The notes beneath the pieces are model-generated. The model worked only from the letters and a program-made list of their open reading frames with translations. It searched no databases and was not told the DNA's origin. Source: Polyangiaceae bacterium (GTDB lineage Bacteria; Myxococcota_A; Polyangia; Polyangiales; Polyangiaceae). From it: DNA of 64,000 bases. Position 1 is the stretch's first letter. Every line of letters begins with the position of its first letter. The stretch is from positions 1-64,000 of the forward strand of contig JANRKO010000019.1 in the NCBI GenBank assembly GCA_033763455.1. Direction: 5' to 3'. Shown piece after piece: positions 59,357-64,000 of this stretch. The position numbers and the translations under genes are program-made.

Positions 59357-60037
59357 ATGCACAAGCTTCAGCTCACACTGGCCGCACTGCTTTTTTGCGT
59401 ATTCGCCGCTGGCACAGCCAGCGCTGGAAGCTGCGAGCAGGAAGTGGTGGCAGAGTGCGTTGCCAATTCCTGCCCTACCTTTTGCAGGACGCTCGCCGAA
59501 GGCCACGTGGAGGCATGTAAGGTAGGGTGCACGGCACAAGATCGCTGTAAGCTTGCTCTATTTGGCGGCCAAGACCGCCCGGCGCAGGTCGAGCTGGATG
59601 CGCAGAAGCGCGAGCAGCTCATGAGTTGCCTCGCAGAGAACCGCAAGCAACCTGTCGTACCCAAGGAGCTCGGCAAACCGATCCGCACTGAGGCGGATTA
59701 CGTCGCCCCCTCTGAAGCGAAGACGAAAGCCGTCAAGCGCAGCAGCCTTAAGAACACCAAGGCAAGCAAGGCGGCGTGGAAAGCCCGCAAAGCTCGCTCA
59801 TTTGCTGAGCGCAAAGTTGGTTCAAAGCGCAAGGATCCGCTCACCTACGTGCCCCCGGCTGGGCCTGTGAAGTCTCCCCCGAGGCCTCCGCTTCCGAGGT
59901 CAGCACCTCCCGGGCCAATGCCGCCCAAGCCGATGCCACCGAAGCCGATGCCTCCCAAGCCCCGCCCACAGCCAGCGCCGCCGGCGCAAAGCCCGAGCGG
60001 CCAGCAGGCACCGAGTCCGGCGCCCGCGAGCCCCTGA
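59357..60037 (+). CDS. Secreted Cys-rich, basic, proline-rich protein
   Basis: Sec signal (ASA cleavage), 8 Cys, Lys/Arg-rich middle, (PMPPK)x3 Pro-rich tail; AGGA RBS; 14 nt after the profilin-like stop. Confidence 0.8.
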   Translation: MHKLQLTLAALLFCVFAAGTASAGSCEQEVVAECVANSCPTFCRTLAEGHVEACKVGCTAQDRCKLALFGGQDRPAQVELDAQKREQLMSCLAENRKQPVVPKELGKPIRTEADYVAPSEAKTKAVKRSSLKNTKASKAAWKARKARSFAERKVGSKRKDPLTYVPPAGPVKSPPRPPLPRSAPPGPMPPKPMPPKPMPPKPRPQPAPPAQSPSGQQAPSPAPASP

Positions 60038-60076
60038 TTACCCTACGCCTCCCTACGAAGCTGCGGGTAAGTTCGC

Positions 60077-61237
60077 TCAGAAGCACTTGCGGTGCACGAT
60101 CCCCGGGCCTGCCTCGTCGTACTCAGCCTTGGTGATCCACATCTGCTGGAAGGTGCTCAGGCTCGCAAGGATGGAGCCACCGATCCATACCGAATATTTG
60201 CGCTCGGGGGGCGCGATGACTTTGACCTTCATCGTTGGGGGAGCCAGGTTGGTCAATTCCTTTTGCATACGCTCGGCAATCCCAGGGAACATCGTGCTGC
60301 CGCCAGCCAGCACGAGGTTGCTGTATAGATCCGCGCGGATATCGACGTCGCACTTCATGATCGAGTTGTACGTGGTCTCGTGGATCCCCACGGCCTCCAT
60401 GCCCAAAAAGCTGGGTTGGAAGAGCGCTTCGGGGCAACGGAAGCGCTCGTTCCCGATCGTAATAACCTGCCCGTCCGGGAGCTCGTAGCTCTTTTCCAGA
60501 CTGCTTGAACTCGCTGCTGTCTGCATCTCCGCGTCAAAGTCTAGGGCTACGTAGGCGAGCTTCTCCTTGATATCTCGAACGATCTCACGCTCTGCAGTTG
60601 TCGTGAAGGAATAGCCTCGCTCAGTCAGAATCTTCATTAGGTAATCAGTGAGGTCGCGGCCTGCGAGGTCGAGCCGCAGGATCGCGTGGGGTAGGGCGTA
60701 ACCCTCGTAGATGGGCACCGTGTGGGTTATCCCGTCGCCACAGTCGAAAACCAATCCGGTGGTGCGCCCCGAAGCGTAGAGGGCAAGTACGGCCCCCATC
60801 GCCACGTACATGGCGGGCGTATTGAACGTTTCGAACATAATTTGCGTCATCTTCTCACGGTTCGCCTTGGGATTGAGCGGGGGTTCCGTGAGCAACACGG
60901 GGTGTTCTTCTGGCGCCACGCGCAGCTCGTTGTAAAACGCGTGGTGCCAGATCTTCTCCATGTCGTCCCAGTTGGTGACGATGCCGTGTTCGATCGGATA
61001 CTTGAGCGTCAAGATCCCGCGCTTGGCCTGCGCCTCGTCGCCCACGTAAGCGTCTTTCTGGCCCATCCCCACCATCACCCCCTGGTGGCGTGGGCGGCCT
61101 ACGATGCTCGGGAATACCGCCCGCGGCGCGTCGTCGCCAGCGAAGCCGGCCTTAATCATCCCTGAACCGTTGTCGACGACTAGGGCTTGGACTTCGCCCT
61201 CGGTTTGTCCGAGGACTGGGCTGGGAACGAGGGGCAT
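60077..61237 (-). CDS. Eukaryote-type actin
   Basis: [79 protein letters not shown]-terminal IVHRKCF; intronless, 386 aa. Confidence 0.99.
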   Translation of the reverse strand: MPLVPSPVLGQTEGEVQALVVDNGSGMIKAGFAGDDAPRAVFPSIVGRPRHQGVMVGMGQKDAYVGDEAQAKRGILTLKYPIEHGIVTNWDDMEKIWHHAFYNELRVAPEEHPVLLTEPPLNPKANREKMTQIMFETFNTPAMYVAMGAVLALYASGRTTGLVFDCGDGITHTVPIYEGYALPHAILRLDLAGRDLTDYLMKILTERGYSFTTTAEREIVRDIKEKLAYVALDFDAEMQTAASSSSLEKSYELPDGQVITIGNERFRCPEALFQPSFLGMEAVGIHETTYNSIMKCDVDIRADLYSNLVLAGGSTMFPGIAERMQKELTNLAPPTMKVKVIAPPERKYSVWIGGSILASLSTFQQMWITKAEYDEAGPGIVHRKCF

Positions 61238-61313
61238 GCCTCACGCTAACAGGAGAGCCTCGACGCGCACAATCGAGAGCACGTGCTGCTAACCGCAATT
61301 CACGGCAAAGTAG

Positions 61314-62720
61314 CTAACCGCTCGCTTCGCATGACCGCTGGATGGCCGAGTAGTGAGCATGTGCGGCGCGCAACATATGCTCATGCTCCGGGCTGAATGT
61401 ATCGATAATATCGAGGGCCCCCACCGGCCCAGCGCGGAACGCCAGCCAATCAGCCAGCATCCCACGCGCGCGCGCCTCGCCCGATACTGACAGCTGGAGT
61501 TCTTCCCTCCACACATCCGCCACTGATGCGATCCCCAAACGATCGAGCTCATCAGCATCGAGCGCATACCAGCGAGCCCGCTTCAGGGCCTCGCTCACAT
61601 CTCCATGAGCCACGGTCACCTCGATCGCGCGCTCAGGATCCGCGAGCAGCCATACCAACTTATCGCGTCGGAGCGGAGCGTCCTTTGGCAGCGGAAAGGC
61701 CAGCTTGGCTCGCTCACCATCCGGTGGCCCAGGCACAACGAACCCAGCGTAGACCCAGCGCTCCGTTGGCGTACGGCGCCCGTAAAACATCCGAACCGCC
61801 TCGCCCGCAGTGTAGTTCATGCCGGCAACTGCACGCAGAGAGTTGCCCTCTAGGAATGTGCTCTCGGCGCCCAGCGTTTCGTCGTGGTCCAGCAGATCCC
61901 AAAGCGGCACCAGGGCGAGCTCATCGGGTACGGCGGTTTGGCGGGACGAAAGGATCGCCCCTGCCCAAAGCCAACGCTGCAGCGTGAACGCCTCGAGCGG
62001 TAGCGGGCGTTTGGCGGGCTCCGTCAGCCGTAAGCGGTGGTGCGCGATGCAATAAAGCTGCAGCACTCCGGCGAGGAAGCTTCTTCCCATGTTTGCAGCC
62101 ACGAGGTGTGAGCCAGGCGAACGCGGCCAGCTGAGCGCCGTTCCGGCCACTTCTCCGGGCAGCGCTGCAACATAAGGTGCCCACGTGTTGGTAGCCTCGT
62201 TTACGTAGCGGGCCCGGAGCAACCAAAGCATCAAATTGCCTGGCCCGAAAAGCGGTGCTTCTTGGAGCCATGGGCCCAATATCGGATCAGCGAAAACGTC
62301 GCCGTTGCGCAACATCGCACTCAACGGCACCTCAACCAACGTGGCGCCCCTGGCGATTGGCGCTGTCGCCTTAACGCTTGCACCCTTGGGTGTTGCGAGC
62401 AAACGCAGCCCGGGCGCGAACCGAACGCCGTGCAAGGCCGCCCACGCGGCCAGTGCATCTAACGCCTGTTGAGATACCGGGAGCGATGGTGGATCCATGG
62501 GTTGGCACTTTTGCACCAACGCCGAAGCTTCGTGCAAATCAGGGAGTTCGAAGCTCTCCGCGTCCCAGGCCACGGCACGCCGAAGCCCGGCGATGCGCGC
62601 GAGCAGATGGGCAAGATCATCGATCGCCGTTTGCGCCTGCGCCTCGGAAGAGGCTTCGTTGGGGGAGTCGGGTTCCAGGTGATCATCTGAGCTAAGGGCG
62701 GGGAGCGGAACAAGTGGCAA
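61314..62720 (-). CDS. SETD3-like SET-domain methyltransferase (Rubisco-LSMT class)
   Basis: KATAPIARGATLVEVP, WAPYVAALP, FTLQRWLWA...SSRQ, LALVPLWDLLDH, GEAVRMFYG, GFV; TTG start uncertain. Confidence 0.8.
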   Translation of the reverse strand: MPLVPLPALSSDDHLEPDSPNEASSEAQAQTAIDDLAHLLARIAGLRRAVAWDAESFELPDLHEASALVQKCQPMDPPSLPVSQQALDALAAWAALHGVRFAPGLRLLATPKGASVKATAPIARGATLVEVPLSAMLRNGDVFADPILGPWLQEAPLFGPGNLMLWLLRARYVNEATNTWAPYVAALPGEVAGTALSWPRSPGSHLVAANMGRSFLAGVLQLYCIAHHRLRLTEPAKRPLPLEAFTLQRWLWAGAILSSRQTAVPDELALVPLWDLLDHDETLGAESTFLEGNSLRAVAGMNYTAGEAVRMFYGRRTPTERWVYAGFVVPGPPDGERAKLAFPLPKDAPLRRDKLVWLLADPERAIEVTVAHGDVSEALKRARWYALDADELDRLGIASVADVWREELQLSVSGEARARGMLADWLAFRAGPVGALDIIDTFSPEHEHMLRAAHAHYSAIQRSCEASG

Positions 62721-62889
62721 ACGAGGGAGCTGTTAAGTAGCAGGAGTGCAAATGTCCTGCGCAGGCATATTTTGAGGGCAAACAACCGTATTTTGACCTG
62801 GTACAGGCTGGTGATGGCACCCTACCATTTGAGTTGGATTTTCCCGCTATTGCGCAGAGTTGAAATCCCAGCCCGGAAATGGTGAACCT

Positions 62890-64000
62890 GTGAAGTTATC
62901 GCCCGTTTTACCCCTAGGGGTGGTCTTGGTCAGCCTCAGTGTTGGTTGCTCTGGGCTGTTTGAGTCTAACAGCGGCCGAAAGTCGTCCTCGAACGGCAAC
63001 GAGCCAGCCGAGGCCGGCACAACGCCTGCATCTCCCACAGACACGCCTCCAGGTCCGGGCCCAAGCGAAATGCCCACCGTGCCCACCGCGCCGTCGCCTG
63101 GCGCTTGCACGCTTCCGGGTACACCCCTTGCGGTGCAAACGCGCCGGCTTACCCCTCGGCAGTACCAAACGACACTGGAAGCCGGGCTTGGGTTGAGCTT
63201 GCAGCCGGCTGAATTGCCTCAGTTTCAAGACGACAATCCCACCATCGGGCTTGCCAACGATCCTCAGAAGCTGCGCATCACCACTGTCTCGGTAGACAGC
63301 CTTTATGCCTCGCTGCTTGCTGTGTCCAAGCGGTCACTGGCTAACGTTTCTGATGTGCAGAGTTGTATCTCAGCTACGGGCACGGCGTGCTTCGAACAAC
63401 TTATCGATAGCTTAGGTCAGAAGTTGTGGCGAAGGCCTGTGGCAGCGGAGGAAAAGGCGGATTTGTTAGCGGGGGTGGCGAGCGTAGCTGCGGCTTCCGG
63501 TACGCGCGAAGATCAGGCGGATTTTCTCTTGCAAGCGCTGCAGTTTTCCCCCAATACGCTGTACCGGCTGGAGCTGGGGGATGCGACGGGCAACCTCACT
63601 GATCAAGAGCTCGCTAGCCTGCTTTCGTACACATTTTGGGACGCACCCCCAGATGCGGCGCTGTTCGCGGCCGCTCAGGCCGGTACGCTTCACACCCCAG
63701 GGGTGCTGAAGTCTGAAGCTCAGCGTTTGGCTCAGGATCCCCGTTTCCCGAAGGCGGTTGCGGGCTTTCTTTGGGATTTTTTGAAGCTCGAGAATATCTA
63801 CACGAAAAAGAAAGACGATACGCTTGGCCTCACGCCAGCGGTACGTTCCACGCTGGCGGCCTCCGCATCGGGTACGCTCGACCAAGCGCTCACTAGCGGG
63901 CAAGCTTCGCTTCTCGACGTGTTCTCCGGGGTGAGTTTCCCCGTGAACGATGAATTGGCACCGTTTTTCGGAGTGCCGGCGGTTGGCACTAGCCAGCTAA
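62890..64000 (+). CDS. DUF1587/DUF1595/DUF1592-type lipoprotein, runs off the window
   Basis: Manual translation from GTG 62890: lipobox SVGC, RRLTPRQY, LWRRP, FSPNTLYRLE, ELASLLSYTFWDAPPD; open to the end (absent from ORF track). Confidence 0.85.
   Translation, partial: MKLSPVLPLGVVLVSLSVGCSGLFESNSGRKSSSNGNEPAEAGTTPASPTDTPPGPGPSEMPTVPTAPSPGACTLPGTPLAVQTRRLTPRQYQTTLEAGLGLSLQPAELPQFQDDNPTIGLANDPQKLRITTVSVDSLYASLLAVSKRSLANVSDVQSCISATGTACFEQLIDSLGQKLWRRPVAAEEKADLLAGVASVAAASGTREDQADFLLQALQFSPNTLYRLELGDATGNLTDQELASLLSYTFWDAPPDAALFAAAQAGTLHTPGVLKSEAQRLAQDPRFPKAVAGFLWDFLKLENIYTKKKDDTLGLTPAVRSTLAASASGTLDQALTSGQASLLDVFSGVSFPVNDELAPFFGVPAVGTSQL

Noticed and set aside
60077..61237. Calling the gene MreB/FtsA/ParM/MamK
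   Set aside because: Matches eukaryotic actin along its whole length, far beyond the shared ATPase fold
60077..61237. Simple eukaryotic contamination
   Set aside because: Intronless, tightly packed with genes bearing bacterial RBS and Tat/Sec signals, and carries unusual changes (Q137G, N-terminal extension); disfavoured but not excluded without read data

Overview
Chromosomal window of a GC-rich myxobacterium (Myxococcota, probably Polyangiales-like; inferred from eukaryote-type Ser/Thr kinases, a MYXO-CTERM-like sorting tail, DUF1592-type lipoprotein, FIST and PP2C genes). Most of it is housekeeping: guaA, the rpoN-hpf-ptsN-hprK-rapZ-ptsH-ptsI operon, rpsO-pnp, recQ, larE, the imuA-imuB-dnaE2 SOS cassette, smc, pheA-hisC-cmk-rpsA, ddl, and a lone FlhA/SctV export-gate gene. 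The left end holds a decayed integrated element at tRNA-Pro. The standout is a four-gene locus directly after tRNA-Glu (58851-62720). It encodes (i) a true eukaryote-type actin, about 90% identical by eye to conventional actins but with the catalytic Gln137 replaced by Gly; (ii) a profilin-like protein with a twin-arginine export signal; (iii) a secreted Cys-rich/basic/Pro-rich protein; (iv) a SETD3-like SET-domain protein, the family that methylates actin His73. It looks like a bacterial actin + profilin + actin-modifier module. All family assignments come from reading motifs by eye; no searches were run.
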